Source of the DNA: Basidiobolus meristosporus CBS 931.73
Lineage: Eukaryota; Fungi; Basidiobolomycota
DNA length: 64,000 nucleotides
Reading direction: 5' to 3'
Assembly (NCBI GenBank): GCA_002104905.1
Contig: MCFE01000106.1
Span: forward strand, 105,886-169,885
This document shows positions 1 through 12,857 of this stretch, piece by piece. The first letter of the stretch is position 1. Every line of letters starts with the position of its first letter. The notes below the pieces were generated by a model. It ran no database searches. It was not told where the DNA came from and saw nothing but the letters and a program-made list of their open reading frames with translations. A program made the translations under genes and the position numbers.

Positions 1-1597
1 CACGAGCTGCTCAGCTCCTTTTATTCGGTCGAAAGAAAACTACAAACTACAAAACCGGTTCCGTGTGGTTTCACAAAATCCTATATTTGAGTATTGTGAT
101 GCATGCGAAGTGAAACCTCAGATTGATGGGTTTTGTTCAAATCTTATTTATGTAGAACACAGCATGTATCTTCTGATTAATTCGACCAATATTTCTCATA
201 CTCTGCATCAGCCAATAACTGGCCAGAAAAGGAGCATCTTTAATTGCTTCGCTCAATCTGAGACTATCATCCAGTGTCAATCAGATCTCTGTTGCTGTGA
301 GATTTCCTATCTCATGTACCTTTTTCCTATCGTCAGCCATGGCTCATCTGCCTATCAGCCTACCTCCCGCTGACAATGGATGGCGAGGAGTGCGCGCCTA
401 AGCTTCCCGGGAATCAATGGTGATCCATCTCATCTCTAAGCGGAGGGTTTTCCAGGATTCACTAGTGCTCTTTGCAGTTCCACATATGGCGATATTGGCA
501 GTTGGCCAAAAGTTGTGGGGCTTTGTCCGATTGTTTTATCTAGGATCTATCATAAGTTTAATCAAATCTATCACAGGAATGCATCCATAAATAGCTTTCC
601 ATAAGGGATTCTGTGGCATGACCCGAGAGTTTCCGCCACTCATCTACCTTGCACTTCATTTTTTTCCGACTGCAGCGCATGTGGCGTAGGAAACTTATTG
701 GCTGCGAAAGATAGATTGAATGATCACTAGATGTTGTTTTCATCGTACCACTTGAAAACAGTAGGTGGTGGATCTTGTTTTAATTCCCCAGGTTAATGAT
801 AGCTACCTATGGCATCAGGGGGATCTTAATCCGCTGGGTTGATTATCGTCGTCTAATCAAATAACGTGGTTGGGAGGGCATCATGTATAGGATAGGTCGA
901 GATAATTCTGAGGCAAGCATTCTGGCAGCTGAGGCCCGCGGATGTTGGTGGATCCAGAGTGGTTTTGCACAGTAGAGTGAAAGCCGGCATTTATGGTAGG
1001 GGCTGATCATACCTGCCTAGCACTTGAAAACACTAGATAAACAGATCATGGGCGACAAGTGTGATTGCTACATTCGAACCCCATCAGGAATTCCGATGGT
1101 AATCTCCTCCGTTTTACCGCCCTTCCTCGCACTTTCATGGCAACGGTTTCAACTTGGCATTTAGATTCATGGGTGATACATGCAGATAGAAATTCATCGA
1201 GATGAGAAGCAACATCGATCAAAACTAGAAAGAATGCCATCTGTATGAAAGGAAGCTCAGGCTTTCCGCTGGGAGGAATTCCGCACATTACCTCTAGATA
1301 AGGGGCTTGTAGCACTATGGGAGATCGCCTTCTTGTATTGTAGTAACCGTATTCGCCATTTCCCATCCGTTCAACTCGCAAATATCTCATCAATGCTTTA
1401 TGACCACACTGATCGTGTGGGTTGACGAATTGATGAATAGCGCCACCACAGTGAACGAAATAGGGGCAACGGTGCTATGCTGAATACACCGAAATGATCC
1501 GAGTCCATCCAAAATTGGAATAGCATGACTGGCTACGTTCGTCAGTCAACTCTGACGCCGCTGTTTCACTTGGCTCGGCGTTTGCCATGAAGCCTAT

Positions 1598-3103
1598 GTG
1601 ATGTTATTGCCATGCGAAGTGCGGTTGCCTTTGAACTTTCTTACTAGCACACAAACCGCACTTACCATGTTTCCTTTAGCTGTGTCAGCAGCCCCTTTTT
1701 CCAAACGCCCTAACCAGGCATTTGATGGCTTAAACAACATAATAAAATACCACACGGACGAGCAAACCCCTGGAAACCCCAAGTCTCTGGGAATGGCAAG
1801 ATTTCAAAATCTTGCTTCCCAGCTGGAGGAAAAGCGAGAAACAGTTGGATTGATACATGGCCTGGATGTTTTCACTCAAGACCTTGACCGGGAAATAGTG
1901 GATGTAAGAAAAGCCCTTTTATACCTCAAAAGGTTAACGCTGACAGATTTTTCCGAAGAACTATGTAAGTATTCAGAGCAAGTCTACCCGGCTTTTGGAA
2001 AGCATGCAGCTTCTACGTATAGATACGCACCTTTTGAATCTTCTGTTGCCATGGTTAGGGCTCCGTTGGAGAACACCTCCACAATGGGAGTGGTTCTAAC
2101 CGAAATCTCTAAAGAAAGAACCTCGTGGCAATACATTCAAGGCGCCGACTATATATCCAGGCTGTCAAACGAGGTATTGGCTAGAAAGCGACAGTTGGAG
2201 GAATCGCTCTACAAACTTGATCAGCTTTCGCTGAAAAACTGGAATACTAGTAACACCACGATCCAATACGTAGGCCGAAAAGTCATTCAACTATTTCGAA
2301 ACCATCAGGGACTACTTCAAGATTTGGGGAATGCAGTACGTAAAGTAGAGGAGACTTACTCTGTCCGGTTTCATCCATACGTCATATTACACGTATTAAC
2401 ATCTGCCATCCAGTACCGCCAACGACAGCTTTCAAGCTTTCTCCTAGATACAACCTACAACCGCATCGAGAAAATGGCTTCCGATATTCAAGAAGCAGTT
2501 CAAGCTTCGATATCTCTGGCATGCCAGATGGTTCAACGGTTCGACAAGCTTATGGATTGGCGAAACAAATTGTTGGAACTTTTTCTTAATAAGAAAAAGC
2601 AAATCTGCAAAGTACGAGCCAGCAGATATATGTTCGATAAAGATCACTCTTTGCAAGAAAACGGACCGCCCCGTGAGTCATTGAAGGGGTTGGGGTCACT
2701 GACATTAGAAACTGGCCAAAAAGCACAACAGTTTCTAACCCGCATCCGTAGTCTATTACAGCAAGTCGATGAGCAGCTGGTGGACAGCAGCAAGACCGAT
2801 CAACATGACTTCCTCATTCAACTGATTGTGGCTTCATTTGATGAGGCAGCAGTCACGGATATAGCGCAGCCATCTTCTGAGCATAGTCTTGTTCCATCTG
2901 CAGCCTTGAATGATCAATTAGAGCTCAATTCAGATGAATTTTCCTCTCGTACCCATGCTTTTGAAGCCGAGCACCAATTGGAACTGGAGCATCTTCTCTT
3001 TAAAATACAGGTGCTACATGTTCAAGGGGAGGTGCTAGCCACTGTAAACGAAGTATTTTCCAGCTGGCTGCAGCCATTTAGCCAGTGTGCAGAGAGTTCT
3101 TAG
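1598..3103 (+). CDS. Intronless ~480-500 aa helical/coiled-coil protein of unknown function (likely start at ATG 1667 or 1793)
   Basis: 1.5-kb open frame with Leu/Gln/Glu-rich heptad-like composition; no family motif recognised. Confidence 0.65.
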   Translation: MMLLPCEVRLPLNFLTSTQTALTMFPLAVSAAPFSKRPNQAFDGLNNIIKYHTDEQTPGNPKSLGMARFQNLASQLEEKRETVGLIHGLDVFTQDLDREIVDVRKALLYLKRLTLTDFSEELCKYSEQVYPAFGKHAASTYRYAPFESSVAMVRAPLENTSTMGVVLTEISKERTSWQYIQGADYISRLSNEVLARKRQLEESLYKLDQLSLKNWNTSNTTIQYVGRKVIQLFRNHQGLLQDLGNAVRKVEETYSVRFHPYVILHVLTSAIQYRQRQLSSFLLDTTYNRIEKMASDIQEAVQASISLACQMVQRFDKLMDWRNKLLELFLNKKKQICKVRASRYMFDKDHSLQENGPPRESLKGLGSLTLETGQKAQQFLTRIRSLLQQVDEQLVDSSKTDQHDFLIQLIVASFDEAAVTDIAQPSSEHSLVPSAALNDQLELNSDEFSSRTHAFEAEHQLELEHLLFKIQVLHVQGEVLATVNEVFSSWLQPFSQCAESS

Positions 3104-3981
3104 ATTAATATGTTGAAAAAAGCCGTTCGCCCCCAAAAGGGTTCTCGGGCGTTCATTATGCTGGACTGTTGAGAACCAGGGCCCCAACTAAATATACATT
3201 GAATTTCACTTTTCCTGAGTTTGAGAGAAGCTATTACCCGCGTACCCAACGGTCGCAAGGACTCTCAATCAACATGTATCTTGTACATTCAATGTAGTAG
3301 TCTAGGTTTAGTGCCTTTAAGCCAAACTAAAATATCAAGTTGGTGTAAGTAACTATATAGCCTTGGTTGGCATGTGGGGTGACATTACGATCATAGGTGT
3401 GGAAATATGTAGGTAAGTTAGCATAGTGTGTATGGCTGGCACGAACAAGCATACACAATGACAACCTGTTCAATCAGAAGTCTACCAAATGTAGCTCCAC
3501 TGTATTGCTATACAAAAACAATGCCACATTCAAATTTGTGGCCAATATACTAGCACACATGCAGTGAAGCGAAGTGCCTTCATTAGTAAGTGCTTCAACA
3601 TCTGTGTTGCAATTCTCGCAAATATGTTGTTTATGTTCTACATGTCTTATGCCAAGTTTGGTGATGGTTTTGGAGTGTATGTAGCTGCAACAGTTGTACT
3701 TGTGTCACAGGAATGCCGGAAATCGCCATCTCCGGGCCCACGGTTTAACTTCCATGCTACCATGCAAGCATATTGGATTGCTGTACTCATACAAATCTTT
3801 TTTACCACCTGTGGCTTGGTTGGGCGTGTATCCCAAAACACTTACTTACCATCCATATTCTGCAAGAGCATTTGCAGTATGCTGTACTACATGATCTTGA
3901 ATGGATTCCTGAAGTGATGCATTGGATATCAGTTTATTGAATCAATGCATTGAGTTTACTGGAGTGGTGACCAGAAGGTAG

Positions 3982-4419
3982 CTATCCTGAGACATTTGTG
4001 GGCGATACATTGCCAAGAACATCCAGAATCTTGACTGGAGACATCGCATAGACCGTGCAATTAGCAGGCTCATAGAGAGCAAAGTAAGTGGGCAGGTCAG
4101 CGACCTGTGGGGAAACATTAATGATCACTCCCACGCGAGTTTGAAGCACCTGCTGTTTCTGAAACTGAGATGGACTTAAACTTTCCAAATCTTTGATAAA
4201 ACCCAGTTCTGGAGTGTACAACCCCAATATTAAGCGCGACTGGTGAGCTATGGTCTCGTCGATTAGCGAAATCCCAAGCCAGTTGGTGATGGAGGAGTGG
4301 ACCTGCCCAGGAGCCTGTATCGATGCTGCAGCTATATGTAGTCGTGGGCAATTGCAGGCCGCGCAGGCCAAGTGCGTCAAGCCTAATAGCACTATAAGGT
4401 GAAGTAGATGATATAGCAT
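3982..4419 (-). CDS. Small secreted protein of unknown function
   Basis: 145-aa ORF with a clear N-terminal signal peptide (MLYHLLHLIVLLGLTHLACA); no known domain recognised. Confidence 0.55.
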   Translation of the reverse strand: MLYHLLHLIVLLGLTHLACAACNCPRLHIAAASIQAPGQVHSSITNWLGISLIDETIAHQSRLILGLYTPELGFIKDLESLSPSQFQKQQVLQTRVGVIINVSPQVADLPTYFALYEPANCTVYAMSPVKILDVLGNVSPTNVSG

Positions 4420-4982
4420 TGTTGGGCTGTTCGTTGGTATCTTTGCGGCAGGTTAGAAGGATGTGCCCATTTTATAAAGGAGTCGTCTTGACTTGGGCTG
4501 TATTGGCCTGCTTAATCAGACTCGATCATATTTGAGTCATGTGGATCTTTATGCTGTATATTTCCTGCCAGTGATATGGTTCTGTGGAGAGTCATTCCAT
4601 TCGAGTGCATGATTCTGGTAATAGTCCTCACTCATCAGCACCACGAAATTATCGTAGTGTCTTGCTTTAGAAGCCCTGCGCACCTCTTGACCATCAATAA
4701 CACCGGAAGTGACTCAAACTGATTGAACTGACCAACTCTTGGAACTTGGCATCCGCCCTTTCACAACCATCTTAATTTTGATCAAAACCCATTATAAAAG
4801 ACTTCGAAACAACCAGCTACCAAGATCCAAGCGAGCAAATTATACACAGAGCCGCGCACTAATTAATCATAAAACTTTTCCTTACAGTGATGATCCATAT
4901 CTTCTAGGTCGCAATGATGGAATCACGTGCGCGGGGAACGCCCATCTTTTTGTTTGCTGTGTTGTTCGGCCTACTCTGAATC

Positions 4983-6010
4983 ATGGAAGAGACGGACCAG
5001 ATTTTCGACGATGCTATCGAGTTTATCCAACTAGAGACGCGAATCCATAGACCTTCCTCTGTTGTCCAAGCTTCCCCTTCCGTCATTTTCCCAAGTGCGA
5101 TAGGAACTCAACGCCCAAAGCCCCTTCAAAGTACCCTTCGTCATATATACTGTGTCTGGAGTCCATTGCTTATACTTTCCCTCTCCTTGCTGTGCTTCAT
5201 AGCAACAAAGATACCGACAGGCCCGGATCCGAAATTACACGCCTATGTATTAAATCTCCAGAAAGAAAACTCTAAATCGGGTTCTAGTAAGTCTCTACCA
5301 TCAGCTCTCACCAAACATACCAGTTCTAAGACCCTCTTCAGAGAATAGAGGCCAAAAATCGAGAGTTTATGAGGTATTGCTTCATTTATTCGAAACCACC
5401 GGTCGGCGTGTTGCTTCTTATGAGCAAAGCACACCGGTGAATGTACTTGGCTTATACTAAGCCTCAATGATACCAATATACTTAATTATCAATGCCTTCG
5501 TTTCGAAGCCACGGGTAAAGCCTGAAAGGGCTCTTGAATCAGAGAACGTGCTAGATAGAAAATCCCAAGAACTACTGGAACTCGGCTCACCCGTCGGCCA
5601 AACTGTGTTTGTGGGTAACTTGTCCAGCAGCGTATCCAACCGATTGGTTGAAGAGATCTTCAAGATATTCGATGAATGTGTCCAAGTAAAGATTGATATA
5701 TGGAAGGCCAGCGGGTTGGCGGAGTACTCATCTGGATCTCCTCACTTCTATTGATACAGGTAGAGATCGTGTGTGATCCATCGACCAAAGTGTCTCGTGG
5801 CTATGGGTTTCTTGTGTTCTCCCGAAGAGATTTGGCGGAGAAAGCCATCGTTTAGTAAGGCGGTTGAATCCATTGGCAATGGCCGCTGGGACTAACCTCC
5901 ATAGTATGCAAAATTTCCGTCTTCTAGGCAATCCTATGGTGCTGAGTTGGAGCACCACTTCAGAAGCCCCCGCCACACTCCCTGTCCTAAACAAGGTTCG
6001 CAGAAGGTAG
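4983..6010 (+). CDS. Multi-exon single-RRM RNA-binding protein
   Basis: RNP2 VFVGNL; after removing GT-AG introns (gtaaag..gatacag; gtaagg..ctaac..catag) the frame gives VEIVCDPSTKVSRGYGFLVF (RNP1)...AIVYMQNFRLLGNPMVLSWS. 5' exon structure is uncertain. Confidence 0.75.
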
Positions 6011-6873
6011 TTTTCAAACATTCTCTCTACTCGAAGTTTGTTTTTATTAACGCATTTCCTATAAATCTAGACCCACACGGTGGCAAGTGCTGTGGGATCA
6101 AAAGACATGCAATCGAGAGCTACTTTTGAGTAGGTCAGTGGCATATCAACGTCCATCGTTCACTGACAGCGAAAGGGACCACTATGTAAGGGAGCACTCT
6201 AGTCAACGAAGACTTTTGGGGGTTTTGAAGTAACCTTTTATTTTGTCAGGTGAACCTTGTTTACCAGAAATTGAAGGCTCTAAGGGTTCCTTACTCGTAG
6301 TAACGAAACGTGACAAGGGGCCCCTCTTGCTGTGTCTATCGGTCTACTTGAATTCTATTCAAGGATAGACCAACCAACATCATGCTTATCATAGGCTGGG
6401 CTGTATCGAAAAATACATTATGCCATAGAACGGCCAAAAGTATCAAGCATCATGTCTCAGTACCCGCTTTTACTCATCACAGTGAAGCCCATGCGCACAT
6501 ATCCTTCAAGCCGTTCTCTTGAATGACTAAGCCCACAGGTTCGTAATATTGGGATGCTGGCTATGAGAAAATAAATCTAGAATTTCGTCCTCCCGATCAA
6601 ATCCTGGTGAAAGTACATTAGATTGTCCTCAGGTACATTGCCAGGCAGGGCCCTGAAGTATCGTGTGAGCTTGGTTTATTGAGAGCGGGGTTTCCAGATG
6701 CTCACATCAGAAGGAAATATACATGATGTGAAGGAGGGGTTCCGTACAGTAGAACTGATGAATGGTTGAATTAGAGGGATAATACATTACGGACTGTGGC
6801 TGAGAACATGAGAAAAACGTTGTTACAAATACTGCTCTTGGGGAGTAAAGAGTCCCTTGATGAAGGTTGCCAA

Positions 6874-9362
6874 TCATTCACGATTGCTATCGAACAAGTA
6901 TAAGAAGTCCTGCATGGTAAGCTTGCCAATCTTCATCGATTGGATTTCACCAAGGGCACCCTTCGCCAGTTGCCGTTTCTTTTCCTGAAGGTTGATGATA
7001 CGATCCTCGACTGTGCCCTCTATTGTAAGCCGCACAACATGGACAGGTAATTGCTGACCAATTCTATGAACGCGGTCGATAGCCTGCTCTTCGAGAGCAG
7101 GATTCCACCAAACATCTAATAGGATGACCCGATTGGCACAAGTCAAGTTCAGTCCAAGCGAGCCGCACTTCAATGAAATGAGCAGAACTGTGGTTTCCGG
7201 GTCTGATTTCAGTTGCTCTAGACTCTGTTCGCGAAGTTTGTTCACCATGGAGCCGTCATAGCGGCAGAACTTGAAGCCGCCCTTCTTCAGTGGTTCCTCA
7301 ACAAGGTCCAACATCGAAGTGAACTGAGAGAAGATGATGGTTTTGAAGGCAGGGTTTTCCGCTCGAGTTTTTTTCAAAATGTCCATCATTTTGCTGATCT
7401 TAGCCGATTCCATGAGATGCCCTTCATGGAGTGGTGCTTGGGAAGCAATGGCCGATACACAATCAGGGCATTGCAAATCGCTCGGGTTCTTTAAAACTTC
7501 AAAACAGGTCGAGCATTTTTTGGTTGATTTTTCCAACGCCATGCCTCCAAGAAGGTCTGCCAAGTCATCAAGCTGCTGATCTTCAGAGTCCTGTTGGGGG
7601 ACAGGATCCAAAGAGTCCAAGTCGACGCCGACAGATGAGCTCACGAGATTTGGGTGATTGCAAGCTTGACGAAGTCGTAGAAGCAAGCATAAGATGTTCG
7701 TGTACTGACGATTGGCGCCGCCTTGCTGAAGGATATCCTTGAAACGATCCTGCATTTTGTTCTCCAGCTTTTCATAGAAGAGTCGCTCTCTGGGACTGAA
7801 AGGAATGGTGCAAATATCAACTCTACGCTCGGGCAGGTTAAGCAGAGGTTTGCCTTCTATCATGGTGGTTTTGGTTCGGCGCAGCATAATCGCTTTGAGG
7901 ATCACTTGTAGACGCTTGATAGCTGTCTGCTCTCTGCCTTGTTGAAGTGGACGCGTGATTTGGTCACAGAATGTGGGATAATGCAAATACGGTTTGACTT
8001 TCAAGAAATTCAGCAGGGAGTACAGCTCATCAACGTTGTTCTGGATTGGGGTACCCGTGAGGCACCAGCGTTTAACGCTGCTCAACGAGGAGCATCCCTG
8101 AGCCGACCTGGTGGACTTGTTTTTGATGGTTTGGGCCTCATCCAGAACCACGCGGTACCATTTCATCTGGTAAAGGGGTCCCAATTTGGATTTTGCCTTG
8201 GGCACGTCGTCATCCTTCTTCTTGGATTCCTTGGTGTATTCTGACGCCACAACATTATACGTGGTGATCACAATGTCGTACTGCTTGAGCTTAAGAGGAT
8301 CCTTCGTTCTGCTAGGGCCATGGTGAACATAGACAGAGAATGCTTGCTTCTCCACTTTTGTCTGAATCTCCTTCTCCCATTGCTTGATCAATGCAAGGGG
8401 GCCAACAATTAGAGTGGATTTGGTTTCGCTGGTAGGTGGCTTGTTTGTAAGTAGTAAGGAGATGGTCTGGACAGTTTTTCCCAAACCCATATCATCCGCT
8501 AATATCCCACCGTTGTGCTGGGAGTTTTCGCGGTCAACCATCCATGCAACGCCCTTGAACTGGTGATTCATAAGAGTTACCTTGAGCCCAGGTGGGTTTT
8601 CTATATCACACTTCACGTCCACCTCCTCTGGGATGGTTTGGAAGAATTCCCGAATTTCATCCCGAGACTTCTTCATGCCGCCGTCCAAGGCACCTGCGGA
8701 ATGATCGAAGCCGTATTTCTTGCGCTCTAGTTCGTTGGCAATCTGATTCTTCTTCGTCTCAATGGGAGAGTACTCTCTGTACGGTCCGTGGTTGGCACTG
8801 TTCTTGATGTCACGGGCAGTAAATTTACGATTCCAAGTGGGGCTGTTGGGGGAGTGCAGTTCAATCAAGTTTCGGTTCTGCTGCAGATCCAACTGCTTGT
8901 TTTTGTTCAATTTCGAGGCAGGAAGTACCTCAGGTGGAGTACCTCCGTTGTTGATCATGGCCTGCTGTCTGAACTTCGATGGGAAGCGGGGATTTTCTAT
9001 CGGATATGGAGGTGAATAAAGCGTCGATAAAAGTTGTTTAGTTTATACGTACGATTATCGGGCGTAGTGTTCTTTTTATTCTGGGGAACTAGCTGGTGCG
9101 GTTTTGCACCAGGGAAGTTGTAGTTGTAGCGTGGCTTGGCTTTGTTGCTTCGATGCTTCTCGAGTAACGAAGGGGACCCGAAAGTGGGCATGTAAGCTTT
9201 CTGCTTCTCGCTAACACTTGGCTCTGGGTGACTGAGGTTTGAATGGCGGAACTTCTCGGCGTAGAAGGGCTTACGAGCCCCTTGGACAGGAGAGCTCTCG
9301 CCAGTTAAGTCAATAACTCTTGTCTCTGGGCTCTTGACATTTGGGGTATTGTGGACACTCAT
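6874..9362 (-). CDS. SNF2-family ATPase of the Rad5/16-like group (Uls1/Ris1/Rrp2-like), 2 exons
   Basis: GGILADDMGLGKT, VVLDEAQTIKN, WCLTGTPIQN, FSQFT, QAIDRVHRIGQ; Cys cluster between helicase lobes; N-terminal SIM-like VIDLT; intron gtacgt..gatag at ~8997-9052 joins the two ORFs in frame. Confidence 0.92.
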
Positions 9363-9762
9363 CGAAAACTGTAGGTGAAGAAAATACTACGGCACCTAGC
9401 TACCATGGGATTATATTGCGGAAGGTTATTTTTGTACATTGGGACCTTCCAAGGGCTTCGGCCAATGAAATGCGCTCGCTCCTTTGAAAACAAAACAACT
9501 TAAACCTTGCAAATTATCCAAATATATCCGTACCCTTGTTTTCCATGAAAGGTTGCATACAAAGAGTGATGATCAATTGATCATGCCCATCAGAAGGGTC
9601 CTGGTAGTCAATTTGTCTTTATTGATGAAGTGTCGCTCAGTTTAAGTCTAAGTTATTCCATGGAATAGATTCAGGGGTATTGATATAATAGTTAGAGATC
9701 CAAAAGATTGAACCGGATGTCAACAGAGCCAAGTGGATCTTTAAGCTTCTGGATTCACCAAG

Positions 9763-11080
9763 CTAAAGCCACATCCAGACACCGAATGTCGTGGCAAGAA
9801 TGAGGCCAAGTGTTTTGTGACCGACTCTCTCGGCTCCAGATATTACTAAAAGCCATAGGTGAGTGTTTGTTTTGGATGCATATCCGAGCTGAGCTATACT
9901 TACAATCCAGGATCTTCTCCTGCTTAGCGGGCAGCGTGTACAGGAGTTCAAACACCTCCCCTTCGTATGTGCTCAGGTGACCAGGGAAGACAGGGGCATT
10001 CTTTCCGGCTTCAGTATATATGAAAAGTCGGTACATGCCTTCCTTCGTGCCCTGAGGTACATTCCAAGAATACGCCCTAGTGGTGCTTGGAAGATTACTA
10101 GCTACTGGAATTACTGAATTATCAAGCAGATTCCTAGCTTCAATATTGATCGATTGGGGTGCCACGATTAGTCCAATGGGGCTCCAGGATAGGTTTATGG
10201 TACCTGGGATCTGAATGGCTTGCCCCAGTGTGGGAATTTCGAATTTCAGCGTTGCAGGGGGATTAACAAAGTTGGCTTGTCCATTATAGTTGGTGCCGGG
10301 CGCATTACCCATGCCTGGGGGCGATTGTCCATCTATCGAAAGTCAGGCCACTTGTATGTCTTTACAACGTATCTAACCCAGTTACCTTGTGGCTCTGGTT
10401 CTTCTGGAACGGACTCAGTTTCATCCTCAGGAGGAAATGGCAGCGTTTCATCAGGCAGAAATTCCGGTACTTGTTGGCTATGCTCATCGATGGTTGGGTC
10501 CATGAATGTAGGTCCACCTAAATATTTATGCAGCATTTTAATAACGCATGCTCCAAGAGAGTTGCATCAGGGCTGATCTTACTTGCAGGATTTTCAGCTG
10601 TACTCTGTACGGTCGAAGCTAATCAATGATCGTCAGGTCAATATCAGAATAGACAAAGATACTAGTTTTAAGACTGTTTACAAGCTTCATCCAATCCTCG
10701 GCCCGGTTCCTGGGTATCTGTCGGAAGGACCGATTCCGGTGGGTTAGCGTCGCTTGGGGTGCCTATGTAACCTGATTAATGATCTTTATCAAATAATCCA
10801 GGCTGGTGCTTAATCATACTCTGGATGCCTATATTCTCTTGGCCAAGGTCAATGGGTGGTGCTACATCTGTATGTAGAAGGTTAGTCTGCTTTTCTACAC
10901 TCTAGTAATCCTATACTAGTCATCACCTTGAGCTCCAGCAACCTCAGATTCTGGGGCGCCAGTTGGCGAGTTTGAGCTGTCATCGGCTAAATCTTGGCTT
11001 TGAGCCTGGGATAATGTTGATACGATGACAGATGAGAGTAGCAGAGCTAGGCCGATATTGCGTTTGAAATAGACAATCAT
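9763..11080 (-). CDS. Secreted, probably GPI-anchored protein with acidic/Pro-rich spacer and Kre9/Ser-Thr-rich-GPI-like beta domain (about 7 exons)
   Basis: Signal peptide MIVYFKRNIGLALLLSSVIVSTLSQA; GT-AG introns keep the frame; IPGTINLSWS...AYSWNVP...YRLFIY domain; hydrophobic C-terminus ISGAERVGHKTLGLILATTFGVWMWL. Confidence 0.75.
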
Positions 11081-11942
11081 AATAATTCGTTGTATTGGAC
11101 CTTTGAAGCGCTTGCTGAAGATAAGGCCTTAGGGGCGATACTACTTTGGTATTCGAAAACGAAAATACTGTTACTTTCAAATGTGCTGATATTTATACGC
11201 TCCTCAGCGAAGGCTGAATGAGGAAGCATATGTTGTTTAGGTATGTTTTGGTTTTGTGGAGTGAATACACACAGCGTCAGATCCACATTATTCCACATTG
11301 GATGGTGTTTTTGGCTGAGATGTCAACTTTCCGAAAGCCCTGTGTTAGTCATAAGGAAGCCCTCTAGCATGCACTCATATGCGATCATAATTCCATTCAT
11401 GCTATGAAGCATATATAGTATGAAGTGTCGCCCCCCAGATTTGAATGGTTTCATATGTAAAACGAAAGGGCTATCGTGATTGTATTGGAGTGACCTGCGT
11501 TCGCTTATTCCCCTGCCCTACCTCTGCTCTTGTCGGCATGTTTGCTTCGAATAGATTGGTGCCCGTATGTTGGTCGTCACGAATTCGTTGGTTCTTGGCC
11601 TTGTGTGGGGGCTGTATAAAGTCCATAATAGTAATAGCACTGTTCTCCTGAGCAAACATAAACGCTACCAAATTCAGAGCTCAGCCTTCTAGAGCATCAA
11701 AGCGCAAGCTTGATCGCTTTGTGGCGGTGAAGAATAAGTTGAGACCCTGCTTTGGTACTAGCCTCAATGAGACTGGAGCATGCCTGGGAACACATCAAGT
11801 TCCTCGCTAGAATTACCCTTGATATTTATTTGTATTGTTCCGATAGAAATCAGTTTATCAATGTTGAATCTCTACCGTGGTGAATGATCATTATTTACTT
11901 TAGTGTGATGACAAGTGACTCTAAGACCACAATTGTAGCTAC

Positions 11943-12857
11943 TCATTTATTGAGTATGAAGTCAAGCGTTAGCGTTCGACTCAAGCGGCGGTGATGAGGT
12001 GGAGGTCCTGATGCGAAAGTTTCAGAAACCAATGTTTTGGGTGGTGTTCCTTCTCAGAACATTACCTTTATGTGCGAAAGCCTCTTCTTCACTAGTATCG
12101 GAGTCAACAGGCTCGAATTCTGGATGGATGCTTTCAAGTGGTGGGGTCGTAATAGGAGGTAGCATACTTAGAGCAGCGCTAAACGGGCGTGGCTCATGGA
12201 TGTTTAGTGGAAAGGTAGCAGAAGTAGGTGTCCGGAGGGTTCCAAAAAGGTTAGGATATATATAATTCAGATCTCTAGAAACTGGACTAGAGCCCATGTA
12301 GTGTGGGGTGCTCCTGTGTTTCTGTGCAAGGTTTTTGAGCGGCACCAGTTGAGGCTTGGAGCTAAGGCAGGCCACCGTGGGGGTCATGGAAACAAAAGAC
12401 ACGGGGCTACCCAAATTAGAGGCATGAGTAGTCACGCAACCCTGTTGCAAGTGTGGACCCTCTGCCTTTACCCGCTTTCTACTCGGAGTTCTAGTTTAAG
12501 TCCATTGAATATCGAACGTGGAGAAAAAAATATACAACAGACATACCTGTTGTCATTAGATAGATAATGATTGTGTGTCATGCACTTTCCGGCTCGAAAC
12601 TCCCATAAATTCTTATCTGTTAAGTAAAGAACCACCCGCCAGTCACAGTTACATCTCTCTGAAGTCCTATTACGCTTCCTAATGGCATTCTTTTTGGACT
12701 CTGGATGGCCCTCCCGGGAGCAAACAATGTATATTGTAGAGCTCTTCGAGGTCCTTCTTCGTACCCCAAATCCACACCTTTTCGCTAGTTGTTGGCACCA
12801 TTCAAATGCCTCTTGTGCAGCATCAAATTGCATTGCGAAGATTTCGCGAAAGTCCAT
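11943..12857 (-). CDS. FAR1/WRKY-GCM1-fold DNA-binding protein (MULE transposase-derived transcription factor), 3 exons
   Basis: F..AFEWCQQLAKRCGFGVRRRTS..YIVCSREG..RTSERCNCDWRV..W..HNH signature; low-complexity tail ending LDFILNK* after splicing; no DDE transposase domain. Confidence 0.8.

Noticed and set aside
3564-3917. 117-aa hydrophobic ORF
   Set aside because: GTG start, no motif and no supporting splice structure.
7728-7740. ATATCCTT U12-donor-like motif in the SNF2 gene (a similar one lies at ~44488-44496 in receptor B)
   Set aside because: Both lie inside uninterrupted conserved coding sequence (FKDILQQ; LLISLSY) with no matching branch site or AC acceptor needed.
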